From assembly GCA_050273025.1 (NCBI GenBank), contig CP158635.1:8618001-8682000 (forward strand): a stretch of DNA of 64,000 nucleotides, written 5' to 3'. The position numbers and the translations under genes are program-made. The notes beneath the pieces were generated by a model. It made no database searches and had not been told where the DNA came from. It saw nothing but the letters and a program-made list of their open reading frames with translations. The DNA comes from Cenococcum geophilum. Lineage: Eukaryota. Shown one piece after another: positions 39,950 through 52,600 of the stretch (the first letter of the stretch is position 1; every line of letters starts with the position of its first letter).

Positions 39950-42090
39950 TTTAAGAGAAAGCCTAACCGCAATACTCCGCGCTATACTCTATGCTCCGCG
40001 TAATATTCTATACCTATAATATAACTAGGATCTAACCGGCATACATCTAAAATGTATAAACGCCTTAACCTAATTAATCTACACGGCGTAGTCCTCCTTA
40101 GTATTAAACATCTCCCTATTATTAAAGTCATCTATAATCTCTGGCAGCGTTATATTAGGTAAAACAAAGTTCTATTTACAGTTAGATTATAGATATATTA
40201 GTAATATAATTAAAGAATATAAGTATACCTTATTAAACCAGATATATATAGCCTAGTTAGATAAGCATACTATTTATATTAGATCTAAGATATAACAGAA
40301 ATATAACTAGTAAACTTACTCTTGCTATTAATCCTACATAAAGAACATTTCTGCTTATTTGACTTGCTAATAACCTTAAACATTACGGTGCGGTTAGGCT
40401 ATATTAAGGTTAGATTATAGTTATATTATAATTAGAACTGTATAAACTTGCCTTACCCTTAGGGGTTAATGGGATTCTAGAACGGAATATAATACGCGTC
40501 TACTAAACTAGCTCCTTTATAATCTGGTTAGATCCATAATATAATAAGATTATAAATAATAATATACCCAAATCTGCTAAAGTTGCTTTGCGTTTTCCAC
40601 GACCTTTAGCTATTAAGGGTATATTTTTAGTTGGGGGGGCTAAAATATATTAGCGATATATCCTAGATAGAAGAACAATAGTTTATACCATTATAATATA
40701 TTTTAGCCTTTCTCACTACTTTACTAATAGGGTATATAACCTGTAGTTCCTCCTTAGTACGAATAGCTCTATAAAGTGTCTTTTAAGCCGCTAAAATGGG
40801 TTAGATCTAGGATATAATATAGATATATAGATAAACATACTATCTAAGTTATCCAATTCCAGTTCTTTTTAACCTCTAGGCTTTACACTCCTAATTATAT
40901 AGCCTCCGCCTTTCTTTATTTTAAGGTTAGAAGGAGGTTATAATATAGATATATCTGGGATCTTATAGGAAAATACAACTTAATATGCTTGATTAATTCT
41001 CCACAACTATTTACGAATTTTTTTTCCTAACTGCAAATAGTGTGCTTAGTATTTAAATCCTATTATAGTTAGATCTAGGATATAATAAAGATATATAGCA
41101 CTTATAACTTACAGTCTTCCTAATAGCATAATCCCATCTATAGAAAATCTCCTTTAGTAGAATATAGATAAGGAAATATTTGCCGCGGGGCTATATTTAG
41201 GTTATATCTTAGATATAAGCTAAATATATACTAGATATTACCTTAATATAAAAGAACGGAATCTACCCTAGGCGCTTGTTAAGTCCAAGGTACTATGCCT
41301 TAGTATATTAACTAGGGGCACTAAAAATGCGCCTCTTTATAGTATTTAGCTAAAGAGCAGCATTATAAGTGCCAGAACCCTCACCCTTACTACTATTTAA
41401 GTCTAGATTAGAATATGCCTTAGAAGCTACTGCCCTATTTGCTGGAGTACTATATATAGCTATTATAGTGGCGTTTATATCTTAGATAGAGCTACTAGGG
41501 CTACTAAGGACTTTATTAATAATCTATTAAGGTTAGATTATAGATATAACGTGGTTTTATCTAAAATATAACTTATATCTTATACGACCTCCATCCTACT
41601 AAAAGTATTTACCTGCCTATTTTAGAGAAAATTCTTAGTCTATATCCTAATTAGATCCTTCTTATAACTACCAGAAGTCACATTACCTTATTATAAAATT
41701 ACGTGTTTAGACTATTAAGTAGTGTCTATTCTATATTAGATTATGGATATAACCTAAATATATACATGCGCCGCTTATATAAGAGTTATCACGGCTATTC
41801 TCTAGGGGCTAAAAGGGATTTGGCGGCAACTAATATAGTTTAGTTAGATTAAGATAATAATATAGATGGAATATTAATAAAATACCTTTTCTGCTCTAGA
41901 TTGCTGGTTCTCTAGGGTCTATAGCCACATTAGATCCTTAATAAAACCTTAATATAACCTTAGTATAACCTCCCAAAACTTACCTCGTCTATATTATTAC
42001 TTAACTCTTTTAAAATCATAATAAATAGTATAAAGTATTTAATTAAAACTCTTAAATAGCTCTATTAATATTATAATTAAAATATATTAC
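39950..42090 (-). pseudogene. Multi-intron gene of unknown function, convergent with the transposase, RIP-inactivated
   Basis: Repeated minus-strand GT..CTAAC..AG introns separating short frames (e.g. RRIF.APSQYTEAWYLGLDKR.GWIPFF; FVLPNITLPEI.DDF...EDYAVWI.QV.AF.HFRCMP). No family recognised. Confidence 0.55.
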
Positions 42091-42241
42091 TGTTATATTA
42101 ACTCTAAACGTGATATAATAAGAGTTAAATTATATACCAAGTAAGGCTGTGTCAGCGTCAGATTATCAACACTAGCCGAAGTTTTAGCGCCTTAGCGAGC
42201 ACTAACAGAGCTTTCGGCAACACTGGCCGAGCTATATACTC

Positions 42242-44392
42242 CCAGAGGCTCTCTACAAAGCTCCCTTAAAGCCCTGCACGGAGCTCTGCCAAGGCTCCGC
42301 ATAGAGCTCTACCGAAGCTCTTACGGAGCTCTGCCAAAGGCTCTGCTAGAAGCTCTGCCAGAAGCTCTGCAAGAAGCTCTGCCAGAAGCTCTGCACGAAG
42401 CTCTACCAGACGCTCTGCACAAAGCTCTGCCAGACGCTCTGCACGAAGCTTTGCCAGACGCTCTGCACGAAGCTCTGCCAAGACTCCGCATAGAGCTCTG
42501 CCGAAGCTCCGCGTAGAGCTCTACCGAGGCTCTGCACAGAGCTCTACCAAAGGCTCTGCTAGAAGCTCTGCCGAAGCTCTGCACGAAGCTCTACTAGAGG
42601 CTCTACGAAGCTCCCTTAAAGCTCTGCACGAAGCTCTGCCAAGACTCCGCATAGAGCTCTACCAAAGGCTCTGCCAGAGGCTCTCTACGAAGCTCTACAC
42701 TAAGCTCTGCCAGAGGCTCTCTACGAAGCTCTGCACTAAGCTCTGCCAGGGCTCTCTACGAAGCTCTGCACGAAGCTCTGCCAAGACTCCGCATAGAACT
42801 CTACCAAAGCTCCGCGTAGAGCTCTACCGAAGCTCTATACGGAGCTCTACTAAAGGCTCTGCTAGAAGCTCTGCCAAGACTCTGCATAGAACTCTACCAA
42901 AGCTCCGCGTAGAGCTCTACCGAAGCTCTGTACGGAGCTCTACTAAAGGCTCTGCTAGAAGCTCTGCCAAGACTCCGCATAGAGCTCTACTAAAGCTCCG
43001 TGTAGAGCTCTTCCAAGCTCTATACGGAGCTCTACCAACGGCTCTGCCAGAAGCTCTGCTAAGACTCCGGATAGAGCTCTACCAAAGGCTCTGCCAGAAG
43101 CTCTACTAAAGCTCTATATAGAGCTCTACCAAAGCCCTACACGGAGCTCTACTAAAGCTCTATACGGAGCTCTATTAAACTTCGAGACGAAGCTCTATCA
43201 AAGCTCTAAACAGAGCTCTATTGAAGCTCTATACGGAGCTCTACTAAAGGCTCTGCTAAAAGCTCTACTAAAAGCTCTGCCAGAAGCTCTGCCAAAAGCT
43301 CTGCACGAAGCTCTGCCAGAGGCTCTACTAAAAGCTCTACTAGAGGCTCTGCACGAAGCTCTACTAGAGGCTCTGCACGAAGCTCTGCCAGAGGCTCCTA
43401 TAAAGCTCCCTTAAAGCTTTACACGGAACACTGCTAAGACTCTGCATAGAGCTCTACGCGGAGCTTCGGTAGAGCTCTATATAGAGTCTTAGGACAGCTC
43501 CGTATAGGGCTTTAGTAGAGTTTTAGTAGAGCTCCGTATATAGCTTTAGTAGAGCTCCATATAGAGCTTTAGTAGAGCTCCGTACAGAGCTTCAATAGAG
43601 TTCTATGCGGAGTCTTAGTAGAGCTTCGTGTAAAGCTTTAAGGGCGCTTCGTAGAGAGCCTCTAGTAGAGCTTCGTGTAGAGCTTCTAGTAGAGCCTCTT
43701 ATAGAGCTTCTTATAGAGCTTTTAGTAGAGCTTCTTATAGAGCTTCTAGTAGAGCTTCTTGCAGAGCTTCTTATAGAGCTTCTTACAGAGCTTCTAGTAG
43801 AGCCTTTAGTAGAGCTCCGTGTAGAGCTTTAGTAGAACCCTATGCGGAGTCTTAATAGAGCTTTATAGAGAGCCTCTAGCAGAGCTTTTAGTAGAGCCCT
43901 ATATAGAGCCCCGTATAGAGCCTCTAGTAAAGCTTTAGTAGCTAGTAAAATTAATTATAGAGCCTAGCTTTAAGCTAGAATTATTATAAATTAGTAAACT
44001 CTTAGTTAAATATAGCATCGGCTAAAACTAAGTTAGAGGCTTTACTAAAGGCTATACTAGAAAGCTCTGCTAAAAAGCTCTATATAAAGCTCTGCTAGAG
44101 ACTCTCTACAAAGCTCTATACGGAGCTTTATATCTACTATAACGTCTACTATAATATCTACTATAAAGCTCTACTAGAGCTCTCTGCGGAGCTTTATTAA
44201 ATCTCTATATAGAGCTCTATTAAAGCTTTTCGCGGAGCTCTATTAAAGTTCTACGTGGAGCTCTATTAAATCCCTATATATGCCTCTAATAATACCCCAC
44301 GCGGAGCTATACTAAGCTTTATATAGAGCCTTATATAGAGCCCTATATAGAGCCTTATATAGAGTTATATATAGAGCTCTATATTTACTATA
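42242..44392. repeat. Right minisatellite arm; 42242-43230 is an inverted copy of ~31590-32390
   Basis: The chance ORFs at 32084-32438 (+) and 42266-42584 (-) are near-identical; spacer module recurs at 43942-44040; ends GAGCTCTATATTTACTATAA as at 33601-33620. Confidence 0.93.
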
Positions 44393-44439
44393 ATATCTAC
44401 TATAATATTTATCTAACCTAACCTATTATAACCTTTACT

Positions 44440-47400
44440 ACTAAATTACTTATATATAATAGATAATTTAATAAAACTACTAAGGAGCCGCTATAGTAGT
44501 AGGATACGCCCACTAATTACCTAGAATATAACTATTATATAAACAATAACAGGAAAAAAAAATATATATACTAGCGGAAAGGTTTTTTTTATAAGGGCTA
44601 AGTAGACCTATAAGATACTAGTAGCTAAAACTACCCTCTACCTCTAAAGATAAGCTAAATAGTTTTAGTAAAGGAAATAAAAGAAGCTATATAGAGGCTT
44701 TTTATTAGTAAGGCGGTAGGGCTAAATAGTATTCTAAATAAGGCAATTAAAGTTATATTAAAAGTCTTAATAATACTATTAGCTAATACTATAACTAGCT
44801 CGCGAAGCCCTACTACACGTGTCTATGTTACCACAGGTGGAAATATTATTAGGAAACCCTTCCTTATAACAGCTAAGTGTAGAGGTAATAGTAAAGAGCC
44901 GTTGTAGCGTATATAGTGCGCTATAGTGTTAGGCCTGCGACGCGTATAATATATCGCCCCTAATATTACTAGGAGCCTTACTACCTCCGCTTAAGGTTCC
45001 CGCTCTACTACCTAGGGAGGCCTATTAAGGGAAACTAGGATATAAAAACTACCGAATATATAACTACCTAGCTTATAGCTAGGCCCAAAACTAGCCTTAT
45101 TATCTAGTTAGTTAATATAAATATATTCTAGTCGTAAAATAGGATACCCTTAGGCTTATACTAGCTCTAAGATTATAAAGAAACATAGCGATGGCGTAGG
45201 AAACCTCTTTTTATAAGAACTTATTAATATTAACCCGTTATAGATACCTTATACGAAACTTATTAAGGCCTTAAGGCTATTACGAAGAACTTATTAAGGC
45301 CCTATATAAAGAACTCGTTAAGGCCCCTCTATAAGAGCCTATCTAGTATATCTAGGAGATTTAGAAGAGGGTCTTAATAGGCGTAGTACGCGTGACCTAG
45401 ACGATAGCGATATAATAGCGACGCGATAGCGACTAGACGGCTTAACGAGGTGGAAATATAGGTAAAGCTCTAGGCAGCGGAAATATAGGCTAGCTTTAAC
45501 GGCCCTATAACGTTAAAAGGCGACTTATAGGAGGGTCTTAATAAGCGTAGTATATATAACCTAATATATAGGGAAGGCTATAGGGGAAATATAGGCTAGT
45601 TAGATAAGGACTTAATAGTTAGAGATATAGGCTAGCTTATAAAAAGGGGGGATATAAGCTTAGTTAGTAGAATAGGGTAGAGTAGATTGCCTGGCATAGG
45701 ATCTAATTTACGGCCCGTTCTATAAGATATAGTCAGCCTATTATAAGGAGACTTTTATAGGTAACGTAAAACGGGAACTAGTAGTATATATAGGGTATTA
45801 CGCCCCTATATTACTGCTAACCTCCTAAAGGGGGTAGTGCGTAGTAGCTACTACTAGCTTTAAGGACCTTACCCCTTAGCTAGGCTTTAACCACTAGTAT
45901 ACCTAGTAAGTATATAGGATTACGTCCTAGCCAGAGAGACTATTACGTAGCTTAAGAGAATAGATACGCGTATTAGTATATTAATAGACGGAGCTGTTCG
46001 TTAGGATGGTATACTAGTAAGATATACTTAAGGAGTAAATAAGATTTACCTAGGCGGGTAAGGCTTTTAGCTAGGCCTTAACTGTAAAAGGTATATAATA
46101 CCTAAAGGTAGGATAATACTAGAAAACTAAGGTAGGGGCTTAGATAAGTAGGTATATTAAACTCTCCTATATAACTACCTACTTTTAAACGTATATGCCT
46201 ATTATATATAGTAGTAGTAAGGCTAATAATGCTATACGGCTTCTAGATCTAGGGCCTAGGACTAGGCGGTAAGGGACTAGTAAAAAGTTCCCTAGCGCTA
46301 CTAGCTAAGCTATAAAACTAGTACCTATATAGAACTATAGGGGCCTATAGAAGAATACTACGCGCCGTACTAGAACGTAAAGTAGTAGTTCTACTACTAG
46401 ACTTATATATTAATATAACTACTATATAGAGAGTAGTTATAGTATAAGGTTACCTAGTAGAAGAAAATATACGCTAAATACTAAAATATATATAAGGAGT
46501 AAAGGCCCCCTAAGGGGCAATACGCCTAAGTATACTAGCTAGGAAGCCCTCTACTTATAGATAGTAAAGAGAAAAAAGGAAATACGGGAACTACTAACCT
46601 ATTGGGCGGAGACCCGGCGCTATACTAGTAGAGCGCTACTATAGCAATAGAGGATAGGAGGCTATTAGTATAGATAGAGATCTATTGTACTTATTATAAG
46701 ATAGGCAGACCTTAAATAGAGGTAATAATAGAAGGAGGTAGCGAAAATATAAGACGTAGCTATATAGAATACCTATAGTTAATACTAATACTCTATATAT
46801 AAAAGACTAATAAAAGTAAAATCTATAGCCGTTTTTTTACTATAGATAGAGGTTTTAGACCTAAATATATAGCTAGTAAGTATCTATATTCTAAATACTA
46901 CACCTTAATATACGTGCAGATGGCCTATTTAGTTAGTGCGCTATATACTACTTTTCTATAGCTACTACTTAGTAAAGAACTAGCTATTTACTAGTATAGG
47001 TATATATAATACTACCTAGATACTCTCTATAAGTAGGGGCTTATAAGTAATAGTAAAATAGCTTATAGGCTAAAAAGTCCTTTAGTAGTTTTAAATAGTT
47101 TATAAGATTTAATAGGAGGATACTAAAGAATACGCCCCCTTTTAGCCCCTTAGGGACTAGATACCCCCACCTAACTATAGGCGGCACTTTGGCGAATTGC
47201 TAGACCCTCCTACTATATCCCCCCTAGATCTTCTAATATACCTAAAAAGTATAGTATATAAGGTAGACCTAAAGATATAAAGATATACTAGCTAGACGAA
47301 GGTAGAACGCGTAGGACTAGCTAAAAGAAAATACTTAGGTTTTTCCCCTTTATAGGGCCGTTTCCTATATAGAAAGATAGAAGCCTATATAGACCTAAAA

Positions 47401-49075
47401 AGGGGCCAAATCGGGCAATAAATAGAATTAATAATAATACTACTATAACTATCTACCTCTATAAAAGTAAGCTACTAAACTACTATAAAGTAATAATTAT
47501 AATTATTCTAAGAAAGGTAAATAAAAAGGACCACTCCCTTTTAGGAAACTACTAACTAATTGCCCTTAAAAATATAATAGAAAAGCTTTTAAAAAAGATA
47601 GTTATAAAACGTATATAAGAAGCCGTAAAGGAGTAGGGACTACTACTATAGATATAAATACGTATAAGGAAAAATTAATTAATACTCTTAGTCCTCTCCT
47701 TAATTACCTCTAGTGTCTAAATAGCGTAGTAAGCTTACCTAAGTTATATAGTAACTATACTAAGCCTAGGCCTAAGCGGAGCCTTTAATAGTATATTATA
47801 TAAGAGACTCTTATAGATCCTAAGGAAGAAGGGCCTACTAGACTAGATAGTTAGGTTTACCTAAGCCTTCTAAATTAGGCATACTACTAAAATAGTATTT
47901 AAGGGCTATAAAAGTAAAATAATACTAATACCTATAGGGATCGCCCCTATTGCTAATCCTAATCCTAATTTTATATTTAGGCTACTTAAGATATTTAAAA
48001 GTAATTAAAAAATAGTAGCCTTAGGATTTATAGATAATATAAACCTAATTATATAGGGAAATATAATAGTAGAAAACTATACTAGGCTAAACTAGGCGTA
48101 TAATAGGTATATTATATAAGCGACCTATAGGGGAGTAGTTATAAGGTATAATCCTTAGTATATATAATAGAGAGTAAGTAAGCTAAGTAAGGGTTATAGG
48201 GAGTTAATAGAAGAGGTTTATATAGTAAAGAGTATAGGTATAGCCTTAAGGGAAGAGATAAACTAATAAGGGAGGAAGGGTTATAATCCTAAGGCCTAGC
48301 CTTCGGCTAGCCTTAGTAGCCCCTAAGAGCTTTATAGATATATACCTGAGTAAGGGATAAAATATCCCTTATAGTAGTAGTATTTATAGCGGTATTATAA
48401 ATCGCAGCCTTAACCTAAGGACCCTTATTTAGATATATATAACTACTATATATAGTAGTAGTAAGGCTAATAATACTATATAGCGCCTAGATCTAAAATC
48501 TAAGCCTAAGTAGTAAGCTACTAGTAAAAAGCTCCTTAGCGCTATTAGCTAAGCTATAAAACCAATACCTATATAGGATTATAGGGGTATATAAAATAAT
48601 ACTACGTGCCGTACTAGAACGTAAAGTAGTAGTACTATTACTAAATATATATATAGATATAATTACTATATAGAGAGCAGTTACGGCATAAGACTACCTA
48701 GTAGAAATTTTTTTATTAAATAGTAGAGCGTATATAAGGAGCGAGCGCCTAATAAAGGGGTAATGTGTCTAAGTATATAAGCTAAGAGGCCCTTTATCTA
48801 TAAGTAGTAAAAAAAAAAAAGGAAAATAAGAGAATTAATGCTACGCTAATAGAGTACTATTACGGTAATAGAGGCTAGGAGGCTATTAATATAAGTAGAA
48901 ACCAATTATATATATTATAAGATAGGTAAATAGTAAGTAAAAGTAACGCTAAAAGGAAGTAGTAAAAGTATAGAGAGTAGTTATATAGAATACCCTATAG
49001 ATAATACTAACTCTTCCCCTATATAAAATATAGATAAAGGTAGAATTTATAGCCGCCTTTCTACTATAGATAGCC
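44440..49075 (+). mobile_element. Tad1-like LINE RT relic hosting the copy-2 insertion
   Basis: KA.G.D.I.NKAIK (~44710-44750) continues after 47451 into Y..IAL.N...KL.EKIV, LSL.LSGAFD and GF.DD. Confidence 0.75.
44798..47440 (+). mobile_element. Chimeric LINE-type insertion, copy 2
   Basis: TSD TACTATAACTA at 44787-44797 and 47441-47451; 5' ~1.38 kb homologous to 6253-7980; 3' ~1.25 kb homologous to 9025-10300 with the same (aat)n tail. Confidence 0.85.
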
Positions 49076-49084
49076 TATATAGTT

Positions 49085-49623
49085 AGTGCGCGGGCTTTAA
49101 AAAATCGGGCTTTATATATCTACGCGGTAAAGCCTAGGAATCTAGTAGATAGCTATTGGCGTTCTATTAGGATCGTGCTAATAGACTGCTAGAGTAAATG
49201 TAGAGACGTATATATAGTAGCGCAGCGCCGGCGCTGTAATGTAGTAGTAGCGTAGATAATATTTTTACTAGGAGAGTAAGCCCTAATAAAAGCTTTAAAA
49301 ACGACTACCGCGTTTTAGTCTTAGCAATTACGTCTATATATTAAATTTACGACTTAAGTTACAGCATCTATACTAGCGTTCCCCCTTCCTTCTATATAGT
49401 AGATAAGATAATATAGTACTACGTATAGTACTACATAGCACCTATACGGCATAGCGACTAAATAAATTGTATACGCCTTAGGAAGTCTATAATAAGCCTC
49501 TTATTCCCTATCTTACCTAATAGCCTAGATTTACTACGCGCGGTATTCCGTCTTCCTCTATATCTTTAGCTAAAGATATATATAGGGGACATAGATTAGG
49601 GCTTTAGGAAAAGATACCTAGTT
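49085..49623 (-). repeat. 3' half of the repeat-X copy, inverted
   Basis: Reverse complement aligns by eye with 1450-1836 (gggcttac.ctcctagtaa...gcgctgcgct.ctata...tttactctag.agtctattag). Confidence 0.7.
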
Positions 49624-49628
49624 TATAT

Positions 49629-52600
49629 TATAACGGAACCTTATAGTAGATACTACGGTGGGCTTGTTAATAGGCTAGGTATATAGGTATTGAATAAAGT
49701 TAACAACGTAATAATAACTGGTGGAGTAGTTGCCTAATAGATTAACTCTAATTATATTCTAAGAATTATTATAAGGAAGAAACTATTTAGGTAGGGACCG
49801 AGGGTCCTTAAATATATAACCGTACTTCTATAAAATCCTTCTTATATATAATGTACGTATTATATATAAGGTATATAAGTTCCTCTTATTTCTCTTATTT
49901 AATATATAGCACGTTATATAACCTTAGTTACTATTCCTTAATATATAGCTCTATAAGTTCTATTCTAAACCGTGCTTATATTAACTAACTAGCTTCTTCT
50001 AACTCTTCTCTAAGTAGTTATAATATTATACTTAAAGCGTCCGTAACACTATCTCCTTCCTTTTTATCTTTATCCTTAAAGATACTTAGTATCTCTAAGT
50101 CGTTTACTAGAGGTATAATATCCGTCTAATTAATTTGGTTAATATTGTTACTTATTATACCTAAAGCTTCTTCTTCTTTATACGCGCAATGTTATGCCCG
50201 TACTATTGCTGCTATATTATCGCTTAGTAAAATTATACCGTCTCTATATTCTTGTTGTGTAAAAAAAGGGTTAGTTTATATTGCGTTAGCAAGTCCTTTA
50301 TCTTAGCAACTATCCTTTTATTTAGAGTGCACTAAAGTAAACATTTAATTATTCTATAATGTTCGCTTTACTTCTAACGCTAAGTATACGCGTCCTATAA
50401 CTCTTAATAGTCGTTAAGTTCCCTAAGTAATTTATTATAGAGTTTTATGTTTAATCTACTACTGTGAAGCTTAATAGTGACCTAGTATAGGCCCTTACTA
50501 AGCTTAAGTGTTTTTAAAACGCGGAATAAAAGGCCCTAGATGCTCGCATTGCGGTGTTTACTTAGCTACTTTATCTTAAGAAAGTGCGTAAGAAGGTTTG
50601 TTTTAAGGAGTGGAAACTTATAAAATAAGGTTTATAGGAACTTAGTAATAAAATAGCGGATTCTCTTCTAATAGAGAAGGAAATAACTTTAAGTAGTTTA
50701 GTAGTTGCTCTTCCTAGGTCCCCCTTAGGTGACTTATTTTTTAGCGATCCTTCTTTATTAATACTACCTAACCTTTTTTCTTCTAATACTCCTATACCTT
50801 TTCTATAGCGTTCTTTAGGTTCTCTAGTAGCTCCTAGGTAGTCTTATTGTAGCCTATTTACTTTACTTTATACTATATTTTATTATTAACGTCCTTATAA
50901 CTAACGATTTTTAAAACTTACTATTTGTCTTCTTCTTATCCTCTATACGTGTCTACTTTGTAAACTAGTGGCTTAATATTCCCGTGTGCTGGCTCTAGCA
51001 TTACGATATGCTGTATAGGGTAGATCTTTATCTTAGCTGGTAGATTTAACTTAAATATAACCGGTGAAATTTTCTATGTAATTTTAAAAGGTCCTAGTTT
51101 GACGTGGTTTAACTTCTTACTTAGTTGTTAACTCTTAAAATTTTTATATAGTAGCCATACTTTATCCTTCTCCTTAAGATCTGGTCCCTTAGATCTCTTA
51201 GCATTATAGTACCTTTTTATTCTTTACTATACCACCTTAGCTGTTTCTATAAGGTTTATATAAAGATTTATTAAATTCTTTATTCTTTACTTAGCTGTGC
51301 TACTTATCTTCTTTACTTAATGTGGCGATAATAAGGTCCTTAGCTTATATCCGTAATTCGCCTTAAATAGTAACGTACCTATTCCTTCTTATAGTGTTGC
51401 ATTATATACAAACTGTATAACTGGTAATAGCAATACCTAATTATTCTATGTATAATTAATATAATGCCTTAGATACTATTCTAGTATCTAATTTAATCTC
51501 TCTGTTTAACCGTCTGTCTGTAGATAATATACGGTAGAAGTTGCTACTTAAACCCCTTACTCTACTAAGAACACTTCCTAGAATACTACTATAAATCTTA
51601 GATCTTTATCCGATATAATTTTACTTAATGCTTTATATCTTATAAACACTTCTTTAATATAGATTCTAGCGATATCTTCCGCTAATATTTCTTCTATGTA
51701 TACTATAAAGTATCCCCACTTTATAAGCTTGTCTACTATTATTAAGATTGCGTTATAATTTTATTTAGTAATAGGGTCTCTTAACTTTAGTAACTTAATA
51801 ATAAAGTCCTATAATATAACTTCCTATAGTCTCTCTAGTATTTTAATAGGTTATAGCCCTCTATATGGCTTATGCCTTATTAGTTTATTTATTTAATAAT
51901 TTAGATATTTCTTTATAACTTATCTTGCTAGTCCCTAGATTCTATTAATAATATATTCTTCTTAAAGTCTTAACACTAAGCCTATAGCTCTATTATGTCC
52001 TTAAGTTAGTCCTTTATAAAATAACTTAATAAACTCTTTTATAATAGACCTTAGCATATACATTGCTTCTCAATTTTTATACTGCTCTAAGTCTAGGTCC
52101 TCTGCTTATACGTCTTAGATCTTTTATATTTAATTACTCTCTAGTAATTTATAGATTTGTTCTTCTTATATTACTATAATTTTTGGATAATTGTACCTAA
52201 TTAATTTATCTGCGTCTTTTCGTAATAAAGCCCCTAATAGCTTTTCGTTATTCTATAATTTAGTCTTTTTACTTAGCGCGTCTACTTATGCATTCTCTAT
52301 ACCCTTAGTGTACTAAATCTTAAAATGGTATTTTATAAGCATCTTTACCTATCTAACCTGTCTCTAATTAAGTTCTTTTATTATTAGGAACCCTATTAGG
52401 TTCTTATAATCCATCTTAACTATAAATGGTTTCTTTATGCCTTGTAAGAATGCTCTCTATTTCTTTAGTGCTGTAACTATACCTAATAACTCCTTGTTGT
52501 AGATATTATAGTTTAACTCTAGTAGTATTATCTTCCGACTATAGTATACTACTAGGTGCTATTCGTCTAGATGCTTTTATATAAAGTATACCCCTAATGC

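Noticed and set aside
32084..43832. ORFs with [12 protein letters not shown] repeats as coiled-coil proteins
   Set aside because: They are translations of the 12-bp minisatellite, open in several frames on both strands.
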